A DNA stretch of 64,000 bases, taken from Camelus ferus (taxonomy: Eukaryota). The stretch covers positions 117,926,001 to 117,990,000 of the forward strand of contig NC_045696.1 of assembly GCF_009834535.1 (NCBI RefSeq), written 5' to 3'. Shown in pieces: positions 51,797 through 64,000 of the stretch. The position numbers and the translations under genes are program-made. A model generated the notes under the pieces. It had not been told where the DNA came from. It worked only from the letters and a program-made list of their open reading frames with translations, and did not search any database. Position 1 is the first letter of the stretch. Every line of letters starts with the position of its first letter.

Positions 51797-53074
51797 AAGA
51801 GTGTTGCTGAGTCAAGGTAAATAGACAGAAATATATTAAGTCCACTATGATGAGGTTCCTTGGATACACAAGAAAAACAATAAAATTTCTTGAGCCTACC
51901 TCCCCTTGAACTGAGGGGTTTTAAGGCATACAAGAGAGCAATTTTGAAATGCTTTGGGAACATTCACTACCGACAGACAATGTGCTGTCACAGGTGGTCA
52001 TTTTCCAGACATGAAAGCGAATCTGGCCAGAGTTCCCTCTACCCGGTTATCCTGGAGTAGCCTTTTTTTGTACTTGAAAGTAACAAAATGATGTTTCTTT
52101 TCAAAATTTATACTGCTGCTTTGTCCCCAATTCAGACTGACTTTTTTCCACCCCGTATTTGAATTAATAAAGTTTAAGTGCATCTGGGGGAGGGTCTCAC
52201 ATATTTAGAGCTTCATTCTAATATGATTATAGATAATAGAAGAAGGTAAAAATTCAGATATCAAACCAATTTAGATGGCAAATTTTCACCTACAGAGGCC
52301 ATCTCTACTGAGTTTGTCAGGGTCTCTTCTTACTAAAAAAAAATTAAAAAAAAAATATATATATATATCTACATATATATATAGTCTTGTCACCTGCTAT
52401 TTCTAGGCAAATATTTAAAACTTCTGAATGATCTACACATGGTAACACATGCTGGAGAAGGACTTCTGACTCTTTAATCCCTTTGGTTTCCTTGGGCAGA
52501 ACAAACTTTCCTTGACTATCACTGATGCCAACTGTTCAATCAGACAATAGGATCAACTCAAGACGCATTTTGTTAAGTGCACAGCAACTTTGCCGGACTT
52601 GGGGGGATCCAAATCTTTCCTCCCCTATCTTCAGCTAGGCTCAGGGCTGAGCACACACGCTGGACACACACAGCCCAGGAAATCCAACCCCCTGTCCAGG
52701 AACACACAAACAGGCATCCAGATATTCAGTCTGTCAGCTTGAATTGAAAGTCAAGAGTTCGTCTTCTGTGATGAGGGATCTGTTGGTTATACCTCAATTA
52801 AAAAAAAAAAAAAGAAAAAAGAGGAAAGTAAGAATTGCCCTGCAGAAAAAGGCACCCCTCTGTTGGCATACGTGTGGCGTGGATGTTGCTGGAATTCTCA
52901 GTGCAGGCGCATGATTAACATGTCTCTGTAAATCACTGCAGATTTAAGATTTAAATACGTACTAAAAATGGCCGAGATGACTCTTTGGTCTTCTATTTAT
53001 AAATGCAGTCCCTCTTTTTCTTTGGCTTTTCCTCCACCCCTGCACCACCACCACCGCACCTCAAACCTCCCCCC

Positions 53075-53075
<1 letters not shown>

Positions 53076-53119
<44 letters not shown>
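53076..53119 (+). repeat. (CA)n microsatellite
   Basis: Seen directly. Confidence 0.98.
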
Positions 53120-53123
<4 letters not shown>

Positions 53124-54297
53124 GATCAGAGAGAGAATTCCAAGCAGCCCGAAAAAAACAATGGTAAATGTTTGCATTGCTGAAATTCACACTGGTGCCA
53201 CAAGGGGATTTAAGGCGGACTGGGCTCTATAAACAAAATAAAAAGATGGCATCCAAGTGGAAATATGTAGGAAAGATACTAGGGGAAAAACGCTTCAGAG
53301 AAGCAGTCTGGTTAGTTGTAAAATGACTTTAAATTAGGCTTTAAAAAGGATTGCTAAATCTTGACACATATATGAGCAGCTTATTATCATGCAATTGTGC
53401 AGTAGTTGCTTGATCTTGTTACTGATTCGTCACATATGAATAAATGATTAATTACCAGAAAGGCTAAAACAGAGTAGAGTGAGAGTACTGAAGCTCGCCC
53501 TCAAAGAGGGGCTTAAACACGTTTATTGCCCTTTAAGTGCATTTCATTAAGGCCAATTAAGGACTTTCATGTCTTATTAGAAAAATGAAGTAGATTTATG
53601 AGGTTTTCGTAGGTTGTAAATGCTGGGGCTAGCAGATACAAAACCGAGCAGAATTGGTAGTTAAGAGCTAAGAAAATATATACAAATGCTCCCAGAAAGC
53701 AAATATTTAATGGCAGTAAAAAGCCGGTTCAACACGAAGGCGATCTTTAAATAAAAGAAAGGGCATAGTTTTTATTTCCTATCGTCCATTCACTATAAAC
53801 TTCAGGATCTGCGCACAGGAGAGGTTTCTCTTGGCAGTTCGGGAACTTCATTCAGGGTGGGGCAAAAAAGAAAAACACAGCTAACCCTAAAATGCCTGAC
53901 AGCCACCGAGTCCCTTCTGGAAACAAAAGTATACACCAATCAAAAATGCTCTTGTCATCCCTGGGTGAGAAGCACATCCTTGAAAAGGAGGGAGCTCAAA
54001 AGGAAATCTAACACTGGCATGGTTGTTAATAAACACACAGCGAGCAGGATTCACTGGCGGTGGTGAGAGCCACACACGGCTGACTTCCCACTTGTCCCGT
54101 CCTGTCAGATGGTGTCAGAACATTAGTCCTACCAAATGGTTATTATACACCCTGGATTCCTTTGATTGGCTTTCAAGGTGAATTACCATGACAAGTTAGC
54201 AAGCACGTTCTGTGGCCCTTTGAGCATGATGGTCACCCCTACACCATTCTAGCCAAGGGTTGATCTCTCCCCAACATCCAAGCATCTCTTTCACTCT

Positions 54298-54488
54298 TTT
54301 TATTTTTTAACACCTTTATTAGGGTATGATTTCCTGCACAGTAAACTATGCATATTTCAGATGTACAATTTGTGGATTTGGATAGATGAATACCCCCATG
54401 AAACCACCACCACAAAGAAGATAGTTAACATTTCCATCACTCCCCAAGAGGTCAAAATTTTCAATTCCCAATTTATGCCTATCTTTTG

Positions 54489-54490
<2 letters not shown>
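54298..54490 (-). mobile_element. L1MB/MC-type 3' terminus
   Basis: cctttattagggtatgattt...gtacaatttgtggattttg...aacatttccatcactcccc. Confidence 0.7.

Positions 54491-54493
<3 letters not shown>

Positions 54494-54539
<46 letters not shown>
54494..54539 (+). repeat. (CA)n microsatellite
   Basis: Seen directly. Confidence 0.98.
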
Positions 54540-54541
<2 letters not shown>

Positions 54542-56707
54542 AATGTTTTCTCAGGAGACTAGTGAAGCTTTGTCAAACGCAAGGACATGCATTTACGAAT
54601 GTTTGGTAAAATGCACATTTTTGCCTTACACACCAGTATGGAAAGTCTCCACTGTTTATCACATCCCCTCTTGGATAAATAAATTAAACCATATGAAACT
54701 TCTTCAAGAAAATATCAACTGAAGTTGTACAGTGACAACTCCTGAAGCTCAAATTTCTCCTCCTCTTAAAAAAAAAAAAAAAGTCGAATTTTGGCAAGTC
54801 AGGAGATTATGTCTTCCTGATTTTTTTTTTAAATAAAAAATCCAAGAGAAGTGCCATGCAGCACATGAAAGCTGTCCAAAGCTCACCAACAGTTTTGCTG
54901 CCCACGCATACTCATTTAAAATAAATGCCTCGGTTTTGCTTATTGAAAACCCATTTGTCGCCCCAGAGAAGACTGAACGAGGAATTTTAGCACTTCTTCA
55001 AGAGCACTGGCAAATTTTTCTGCCGAGAGCCTTTAGAATGGTTATACTAGAAGACCTAACGGCAGGAAATAGATTCACTGTACTGTTTTAGAACGGGAGA
55101 TGAAGAGGTGGGTCGATGACATTTATAAAGGTGGAATTTATGAAACTGAAGGTAGAGTCCTATAGGTAGATCTCTGCCAAAAAAAATAGCAACAAACACA
55201 CTAGATCGCAGGCACAATATTAATTTTTATGTCTTTGATGTAACTCTGTTTTGTTCTGTGAATTTGATTTTCCAAACAAATAATGGCCTGGACAGAGACC
55301 TAAAGCAACTAGCCATAGATCTGTTCAGACTCTGCAAAGAATTTTATTGAACCAAAATGTGATGAGCATCTGTCCTTGGTGATTTATTCCAAACAGTGGA
55401 GATGTTATAAAATGAACACATTGCATCTCCTGCTATAAAAGAGAAACAAAATGATCTTTTAGTTAATATCCAATCAAACTTCAAGACACCTTATGGAACA
55501 CAAGGATTTCATGGGATCATTTCATTCCCTTGCACCTTCCTCCAGAACACTAAAATGGGATTAACTTAAGAATTTCTAAAATGCAGAGCTAAGTGTGTAT
55601 AATCGGTTTGGTTTTTTCCAGAACAACAGATGCCACTTGATTTTTATTTTTATTTTGACAACCCAAAATATAGGCCCAGGCTAGGGTGCTAATTACCAAT
55701 AAGTTCTTATTAAAGGTCCAAGAGTGCGTTTTCAAAAAGTACAATACCAATTTGGACCTCAGGGTCACAGAGTTACAAATATGGGTGGAACCTTTTCAAG
55801 TCCAGGATTGGATACATTTTGTCAGGCACAATAGACTATTTCTGGGAGAATTGCTGCTAAAATAGAAAAAGAAAAAAAAAGATGTCGTGTTTAAAAGTCT
55901 ACATAGACTTCTAGCATGTGAGTTTCATTCCACAAAAGAATTTTCAGATGGTTTCAGGACAGATGAATTCCAAATAGATTAATGCCTACGGGATTAGCCA
56001 CAGGGATGTTAAAATTACAGCTCGCACTCCCAAATATTTCCACAGTAATGCAGTTTGAGATTGTCAAACCCAAACAATACAAGTTTTATCTAATCTATCC
56101 AATTTATTTTTAAGGAGTTCATTAAAGCTAGGGAATTAAACCTGCAAGTGATGAAAAGGTAATTTCTGTTTATATCTGACTCAGGAAAAAAAAAGTCTCA
56201 AATTATTAGAGTTTAGAGTAAAATGAGGTTTTAATATTAGGAAAAGGGAACGGTTTCTATTGAATCATAGAACTAAATCTGCCAACACGAAGAGCAGGGA
56301 TGAGATAAGGGCGGATTTAGCATATTCAAACAGAGCTGGACAATTTCAGACCCAGCGTGGACTGATTTCTCTCTAAATTTTCTAGGTTGGTTGTTCATAA
56401 ATCTTCAACGTAATGGACGAGCTGCCAAGTCTTACCCTTTCCTTTGGGCTGTTCAAATTCTAATGACTTTCTAGAGTCAGAATTTCAGTGGGCATGTTTG
56501 GCATACCTTGTGCATACGGTCAGACAGAGTTTTGTGGTGCTACTTCGGGGTAGAGATTTGAAATAGAGGGGTGACTTGAAGGAAACAGGCATAAATCGGA
56601 TCAGTTTTTGTAAAAATTTTGTAAAAATTCAGACTAGCTCTGGAAAAACCTCTGGCCCCATTTCAAAGCAATTAGCAGTATTCCAGGGGTGATCTGTGGA
56701 CAGAAAG

Positions 56708-56985
56708 CCAAGGTCAAAAACTACCAGCCTGCATGCTACATATCAGCACCATGTTTTTAAAACTAGTAAGTCAATACGTATTTAAAAATCAAGAGATTTT
56801 ATCAGGTTTCTGGCTTCTTTTGAAAGATTGGAGTACCTGGAACATTGGGGCCAAAATCTCTGTGGCAGTACTCAGCTGGAACAGAGTATGCGCTCCTTCT
56901 GTAACTCCCAGCGCACCCATCCCGTCCTTACTGGCTTATTACTACCTGCTCCTCACGTAGGTCTAGCCCTGGAGTTTGGCCCCCA
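56708..56985 (+). mobile_element. MER102-like hAT-Charlie element
   Basis: atttaaaaatcaagagattt...tttctggcttcttttgaaagattggagtacctggaacattgggg...cagctggaacagagta. Confidence 0.7.
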
Positions 56986-57177
56986 CGCGCATCGTCCCTG
57001 ATCCTTTTCTCCACATACCTTAAAATAAAATCCTCACTCATCTTAGTTCAATGAACTGTTAACCAGAAAGAAATAAGAAGTGAGAGATGCCTTATTTAGG
57101 GAATGTGTGACCTCTCTAAAAGTTGATTATAAAATAACATTCTGAATATTGATTCATCACATTTTCAGTCCCTTCTG

Positions 57178-57788
57178 CCAGAGATCAGCCAACTATGGCC
57201 CGTAGATGGACCAAATCCGGCCACCATCTGGTTTGGTAGATAAAGCTTTATTGGTGGACCTAGAGATTATCATACTAAGTGAAGTAAGTCAGACAGAGAA
57301 AAACAAACATCATATGATATCACTTATATGTGAAATCTGAAACACAATGACACAAATGAACTTATTTACAAAACAGGAACAGACTCACAGGCATAGAAAA
57401 CAAACTTATGGTTAGCAAAGGGGAGGGGGAAGGAATAAATTGGGAGTTTGGGATTTGCAGATACAAACTATTATATATAAAATAGAAGCAAGGTCTTACT
57501 GTATAGCATGAGAGCTATATTCAGTATCTTGTAATAAACTATAATGAAAAGAATATGAAAAACAATGTATGTGTGTATAGCTGAATCACTGCAGTACACT
57601 GGAAACCAACACAACATTGTAAATCAACTATAATTTAAAAAGTTTTTTAAATAAAGTTTTCTTGGAACACAGCCCATTCACTTGCTTCCATATTATCTAT
57701 GGCTGCTTCACATCACAACTCTGAGAGACCTGCAAAGCTGAGATGTTTACCATTTGGCCCTTTACAGAAAAAGTCTGCCAATCCCCTG
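57178..57788. mobile_element. MER58A-like MITE split by an L1 insertion
   Basis: cagagatcagccaactatggccc...taaagctttattgg, then ggaacacagccc...ccctttacagaaaaagtctgccaatcccctg. Confidence 0.8.
57255..57650 (+). mobile_element. 5'-truncated young L1 3' end
   Basis: tggacctagagattatcatactaagtgaagtaagtcag...; degenerate TSD ataaagctttattgg (57240-57254) / ataaagttttcttgg (57651-57665). Confidence 0.93.
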
Positions 57789-58334
57789 CCTACTCACTCT
57801 CTAGATTTAGAGGTGGGCTCCCATTTCGAGAACCCACAAAGGACACTAAAATCTCACTCAGTCACTACTGCTTCTTCCCAGTGTGCTTTGCATCTGCTAC
57901 AGTCACCTGACAAAGTGAATAGCTGTTTATTTCCGGGGGGGGAGGGTGGGGGGGTGGGATGAAGGAATGGTCACAGTTCCAAATCTGGGAAGTGTTCCTT
58001 TAATACAATATTTCCTCAGTACCTATACACTAAGGTTTGAAATTTCCTTTGTTAGCCACCTCAGGAGATATCTATGTTAACAGTAATTTATGAACTGCCT
58101 ATATCTCAGCTTAACTTTCTATAATAATACATTCGGGGGCAGCGGGGGGGGGGGGTAAACCTAAAGCTTACCCTGCCCTCTGCTTCATTGAGCAAATGCT
58201 GGGTTATTGTATGCCCCATCTGGAGCCATGTTACGTGTAGCCCCAAAGGTCTCAAGATCCCAGGTCGTCCTCCCTCACTGAAAGCCAATTGATGGTGCTG
58301 TTCTTTCCACTCAAACCTACAGAAAATCTGAACA

Positions 58335-58545
58335 CTCACCAACGTCTATGTAGGTCTTCCTCTGTGCCAAACATTGTACCATGAATTTGTTTGCTAACGT
58401 TCACAGCAACCCCAGGAGATAGGCACTGTTATCCTCCCATTTTATAGAGGAGCACACTGAGGCTTTGCTTTAAGAGGTTCGGGAATTTACTCAAGGTCAT
58501 GAAGTAGAACAGACTAGAATTCAGGTCTGTCTGACTTCAAAGACA
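58335..58545 (-). mobile_element. MIR
   Basis: tcccattttatagaggagcacactgaggct...tactcaaggtcat...caggtctgtctgacttcaaag. Confidence 0.75.
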
Positions 58546-59214
58546 GCTTTCAGGGAGATCTCAAGAAGCTGGAGAGATTGCCATTGGGACAGACTTCTTC
58601 TCCAGCTGCTGAAGGTGAGCAGTGAATAACCATTCAGTTTGATGGAATTGCAGATTTGGGACTTTGGTCCAAGGTTGCTCAAATTCCTGAAAGTTCATTA
58701 GACTCGGTGCTGTGTAAAGCGAAGCATCTCCTGTTTAGCTGTAATTCATCCTTCCCTTTGTACTGTATCTATAATTCTGATGAACAGTGATTAGTCACAA
58801 GGAGGGCAAATACCTAAAGATTCTAGAATAGGAACAAATGTCAGAAGCCCCTCAATGTACAAAGATATTCCAGAGGTGAGTATTTCTGAATTGCGTGTGG
58901 GTATATTCAGCTTCCCTGCTAGTTGGTGAACTTCTTAAGTTGATTTTCATTTCTTGTTCTATCAAGGGCAGTCCGACTTATTGTCTGACCGCCTCTGCCC
59001 TGACTCCGTCACCAGCAAAATGTGACCCAATATTCCTCACCCACTGGGAATGAAACCCAATGTGTATTTGTTGATAAATTCCATAAATCTACTACATCCT
59101 CTAACCTGGGGAATCCACTCTCCCTTTTGTCAAGTCAAAAGCCTCTGCATAAGGAAATGAAATCAACTTCCTCAGTCAAAGACAGTGACATTATGTGGGG
59201 ACAAAAAGTCAAAG

Positions 59215-59721
59215 TGTTACCGAGTCCAAACTCATTCTGCTCACCACACAACAGGACAGTATATCAGGAGACAAGGTTTTGGGGCAAGGGATAATGACTT
59301 TATTTGGAAAGCCAGCAAACCAATAAGATGGGGGACTAATGTCCTGTAAAACCATCTTCCCCAAGTCAGAATTCAGGCTCATTTTATACTGAAAAGGGGA
59401 GGGGGTGTGTTGGTTCTTGGTGTCGGAATCCTTAGTTCTTGCAGCTGTTGATATAGGTCAGGTTGTGGTGTTCCTGCAAACCTCCAACAAGACAAATGTT
59501 ATTCTCGTTCTGCAACTTTTTATCTCTGTCTGAATAGAAAAGTGTTCTACCCTTAAAGGTCAGAGCCTCGAGAATGGGCTGGCCTGTATATTTCAGGCTC
59601 TAGGCAACATTCTTTTACAAAAGGTGCAGAACCAGCATGACTTAGCCCAGGAAACAGAGCACAGGGTTACAGCCAAAGGAATGGATCTCATATGGATTCA
59701 GATTTGTTCTTCCCTATTATA
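59215..59721 (-). mobile_element. ERV1-class solo LTR (copy B, same family as 5506-6009)
   Basis: Reverse-complement homology to copy A; perfect 4-bp TSD aaag (59211-59214, 59722-59725); minus-strand AATAAA at 59299-59304 and TATAAAA at ~59382-59388. Confidence 0.88.
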
Positions 59722-60399
59722 AAAGGAAGTGAAAAAGAAAGAAGAGCTTTCTGGAATTTCTTATGTTCCTGGGATTTTTTTTTTTTTTTTTTTTTGGTTT
59801 GGTTTTTCTCTTTGTTTAACTTCATCCGGAATCTCTCCGATTATTCAGATGAAAATAAGAGTTTGTGTCTAAAATACAAGCTGTTGTATTTCATTTCACA
59901 TCTTCCTACCTGAAGAATGTTCCCATTCCACAAGCTTTCTTGCTCACAATGGTCAGTAATTTGAGAGAAAACCCCCTTTTTAGTGGTGAGGGCACATCAC
60001 CCAAGGCAGGTGCCTGGGGAGGAATGTGTCATAAAGACACATTCCTCATAATCAAGGATAATTCAAAAGGGAAACAGTGACCGAACATCCACAGGAGCCA
60101 ACAGAAGCCTAATCCTGAGCCCAGCTCTGCAGACGGGGACACAGGCTGCTGCAAAGCCAGGGCAGATGCCAGGGAAGGGACCAGCCACAAACCGAACAGA
60201 AGTCCAGTCCAGAGCTTGGCATCTGGGTCCTTCAGCTGCCAGCCCTGCCTTGCGAGTAGCCACAATGCTTGGCTCCGGTGCAGAAAACAACAGAGGATGA
60301 GGCGAAAGAGGTCCATGCTCCGTCCTGCCAGCAACAGGAGGAGGCAGTGCCAAGAGAAGGCGGCAGAGCCATGCGGGTGCCAATGTGCCTTGGAATGGC

Positions 60400-60625
60400 T
60401 TTTATATTTTCTGAAGGGACAACAGAATTCCTGCAAAAAGAAAAGACCAGATCCAACTCTCATAACCATTCCTCCTATTTTCCTTTTTCAGAAAAAAAAT
60501 GCTCTTCGTGCACACGGTCCATTTTTTTTCACAAGGCGAACGTGGCCAGCTCTCCTTCTGTTTCGCGTCTACATCTTGTAGTCACATATTGCAACTGAGC
60601 TGACAGCTGGCTTCACACACGTCAC
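60400..60625 (-). promoter_or_regulatory. Candidate minus-strand splice acceptor / TATA element with upstream motif cluster
   Basis: tcttttctttttgcag|G (exon starts 60430), TATAAAA at 60400-60406 (minus), tgacagctg and acgtca at 60601-60624. Confidence 0.3.
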
Positions 60626-63600
60626 TCAACTTGCATTTTTGACCTCCCTCTTATGATTTGCCTTTATCTGGTTTCCAGAAGAAATTCTAGGGGATGTGGT
60701 GGGCTAGCCGGAGGTACCATCTCAGTTATGAGTTGAATAAGCCATTGCGACCCTGGAGATTTGTGAGAGGCTCTCAAAGATCCAAGGCTCCATTTGTCAG
60801 GACGTTTTTCTGTGGTTATTCAACCGGGAAAACTGTAAGGAAAGTGGAGCATTAACATGCCAGAAGAAGTGAAATACACCACCAAACTCCATGATTTCTT
60901 GAAACATCAGGTATCAGGAAAAAGGGGTGGATGGGAAGATTCCTTGTATGTGTTCACATTAGATGAAGGATGAGGAAGGAAGAAGAAAATAAAGGAGGAC
61001 GTGGAGGCAGACCCATCATTGTCCTTCTCAAAGGAATGCTCAGACTTGTCAACCAGAAAAGCTCAAACATGGTGTATTTTTGGTGAGAAAATGCAGCATC
61101 TCCTGTCATCGTGGGGAGGATGTTGATTTCGTTACTTCATTCCAGGTCTCATAGAAGATGAGTGAATCTAAAAGCCTTGTATGCAAGGCTTTCAATATGA
61201 ACATCAAAGACATTTTATTTATTAATAGGGATATTACCAGGATCTTGTTTTCCTTTTCAAAATCCAGATTAGTAGATGCCAAGGTCAAACATGAAAGTCT
61301 TCTTAACTCTTCTTACATGACTTCTTGTATATTAATGTTTCTTTGGTGGAATATCTGAATGATTGATAAATAAAACAGAAGGACAAGCTCTCAAGATCCT
61401 ACCATGCCATTCTTACACAATTCTTGAGAAAACACTAAGTTACTCCAGGTAACCATGACAACCTCATCACTCCCTACGATGGACCAAACACCATACCACA
61501 CTCGTGACTCTCATTTTATTATCCCTTCCCGTCATGGTGCTTTTGCTTGAGTTATTCCTCTTCCTCACTGACTTTCTCCACCAAGGCTCTTTTCCAAGGC
61601 TCAGTCTGAGGAAGTTATAGGACTTTCTCAGAGACCTTTGTTTTTCCCAAGTTCATCCACCATTTCTGGGCACTACCTTGTAGCTCAGCATCTCATTAGA
61701 CTGCTCGTCAGTTAGTAGTGCTGATGTCAGTATTACTTATACCCTGGTGGTCTCCTTGGAGGAAGGGGTCTTGACTTCTAGATTTTTTTATTTTCCACAA
61801 CATCTGGCCCAGGGCTGGGCCCTTGATAACAGTATTATAGAAAAGATTATTTGCTTTTCAAACTGAAATTTATCACTATATAGATTTTATATCTACATGG
61901 ATCATGAAAAATAAAGCTTTTGAAAAGACCAGCTTGACACATCTGTCAAAAAACTAATATTTGAATGGCGAATTAATATCATTTATGTGGTGCTAATTAT
62001 ATAAACAGAAGGCTGAAGGCTGGGGTTCAAAGAAGAGTGACCTGTATTCACAGGCACTTATATTTAGTGGCCAGGAGCGCAATAACAAACACTTGTGACT
62101 TGGTCCCACATGCTTACTGTGAAAAAAAGACACAAGCACCTCCCTGGGTTGACTGTCACCACAGCCTCTGAAATCCTGCCAAATATCATTCCACAGTCCA
62201 TTTTTAGGATTTTTTTAATTGTTTAATGGCATCTAAGTCCACTTAAACAGAGCATCGTCGAGGAGAGATGCTTTTAGATGTTTTCCCTTGAGGAGTTCAC
62301 AGTGCTAGTTCACCTGAAACTGTAACTCTACTATCGAGAAAAAAAAATCAAGAAAATCAACAGTAAATGCTAATTTAATGCCTGCTTTGTCTCAGGACTG
62401 TCCCTCTTAAATCTTAAAAAGATTTATTTCATTTCATTTATCACTAACATCATATTAAAAGCCAACACCAGTCTGCAAAATTAACGGCTATCCACTGAAA
62501 CAAAGAGAAGAGACAAGAAACCAAGAGCAGGTGGTTTAAGCACTTTCAGCAACGCCAGCAAAAAGGAGGTTTATTCAGAGAAGATGTATCAATGTCATCT
62601 TATCTCACATGTCAACGTGTCAAAAATAATTGTGTTGTGTTGCACTAATAAAATAAAATTCCTTTCTTTTATTTTCTTTCTTTATAAATGCATATACCAC
62701 ATAAAGCAAGCACTCCACAATACGCCGTTCCACTTAGAAACAGTATTTAATCTCCTGGGGTAGCTTGGCTACCGGGAGATAGAGAAGATGTTCAACACCG
62801 TTCCGTAGCCCATTTCTAGGCTGTGAAGAGACTTTTAACTCAGTATTTCTCTCTTCTTTCCTTACTCCAGCTGCCTCCTAACCTCAACCCTATCCCTAAC
62901 CCCTAACCTACCACTTAACAGTAGAGACATACAATTTACAGCTATTGAAGAAAAGGTTATTCTTTTTAGAAGTCCGGTCTACTAACATGCTACGGCATCA
63001 CCATTCATCACCGTACATGTCCTCATGTTCCTTGACAAGACGTTTGCTTCACGTTGAGTACACACAGTCAAAATGGCCACTTAGGGACCGGGTCTGGGAA
63101 GCCCATCAAATGCTGCCGAAACAGGACACTTGCATCTTATCCATACCATCCCTGTTTTTCTTCACTGATCATTCCAGTCTTTTGCAAGGGCCTTCTTAGT
63201 GAGAGAAAATGAAACTCATAAGTGTACTTTCTCTCAGAAACAAAATGGGGCTTTAATAAAGAAAAAGTTGACTTGCTTTTCAAATTGGCCCAGTGTGGAT
63301 TTTAGCTTTCTGTGTGTCACGGGAAATAAAGCTTTAGGCAAGATGAGGCTATTCGCACCTCTGCCAAAAATTATTATATTTTTTAATGGTAAATTAACAT
63401 CAAAAGTTTTATACATATTAGTGATGGTCTGACCTCCAACTGTTCACAGTCATGTCCAATCCACACACACAGAAGGAGAAAATCTGTCTGCGATGAATGT
63501 TCAATTTGTTCAATTCCCTGCCATGTCTTTTCAGCTGCTAATGGTACTCTGTGAACAGATGATGACTTTAGTGGGAAGGAAAACCAACAGGGATAAACCA

Positions 63601-63784
63601 CTTTAAATTTTTTGAGGTAGTAATTTGTAATTTAGGTATGCTTTACCATAATGTTTATACATATATGTATGTGTAATTTTAAAGCAACAGCTCGCTCCCA
63701 AAAGTTGTTAATTTTTAAAATAAAATCTTCTGTTGTTTTGAAAGTGCTGTGTCTGCCATGTTAGGGGCTGAATCTTCCGACTCA

Positions 63785-63900
63785 AATGAACAAATATTTA
63801 CCGAATACCTACAATGTGCCAGGCTGAGGGGAGGGAGAGTGGGATGATAGCAGGAAGTTGCAAAAATGACATGGTCCCTTTGATAAAATTCAGCTGAGAA
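63785..63900 (-). mobile_element. L2 3' fragment
   Basis: aacaaatatttaccgaatacctacaatgtgccagg. Confidence 0.65.
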
Positions 63901-64000
63901 CCTAGAAATATGCCACTCAACCCAGTGCCATACACGAAAATGACAGGGCAGTTAGAAAAACTATCTTGAAACCTATCAAAGTGCAGACCCAGGCTAAGTA

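Noticed and set aside
57935..58156. G-rich runs with G-quadruplex potential (also ~9691-9709, ~41563-41583)
   Set aside because: Common in mammalian DNA, with no supporting context for function.

Overview
Mammalian non-coding DNA (intron or gene desert), most likely a camelid. This rests on a Vic-1-like tRNA-derived SINE, young artiodactyl-type L1 3' ends, and no recognisable Alu, B1, BovB/Bov-tA or PRE-1 SINEs. No intact protein-coding gene can be supported, and most listed ORFs are repeat or low-complexity artefacts. The window is a mosaic of L1 3' ends (several with clear TSDs), MIR and L2 remnants, MaLR/ERVL/ERV1 solo LTRs, hAT MITEs and microsatellites. Between them lie repeat-free blocks rich in homeobox, T-box and POU motifs that look like developmental enhancers. 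The most notable feature is at ~11.66-11.95 kb on the minus strand. An MLT1-type LTR fragment ends exactly at its known splice donor and is fused to a frameshifted copy of the MSR1 SRCR-domain exon, followed by an A-rich tail. This looks like a retrocopy of an LTR-driven chimeric MSR1 transcript. Also notable are a CpG-rich NRF1/GC-box element inside an ancient MER102 transposon, two L1 insertions at one target site, and a candidate minus-strand exon or promoter near 60.4 kb. Repeat family names come from my recollection of consensus sequences, not from a database search.
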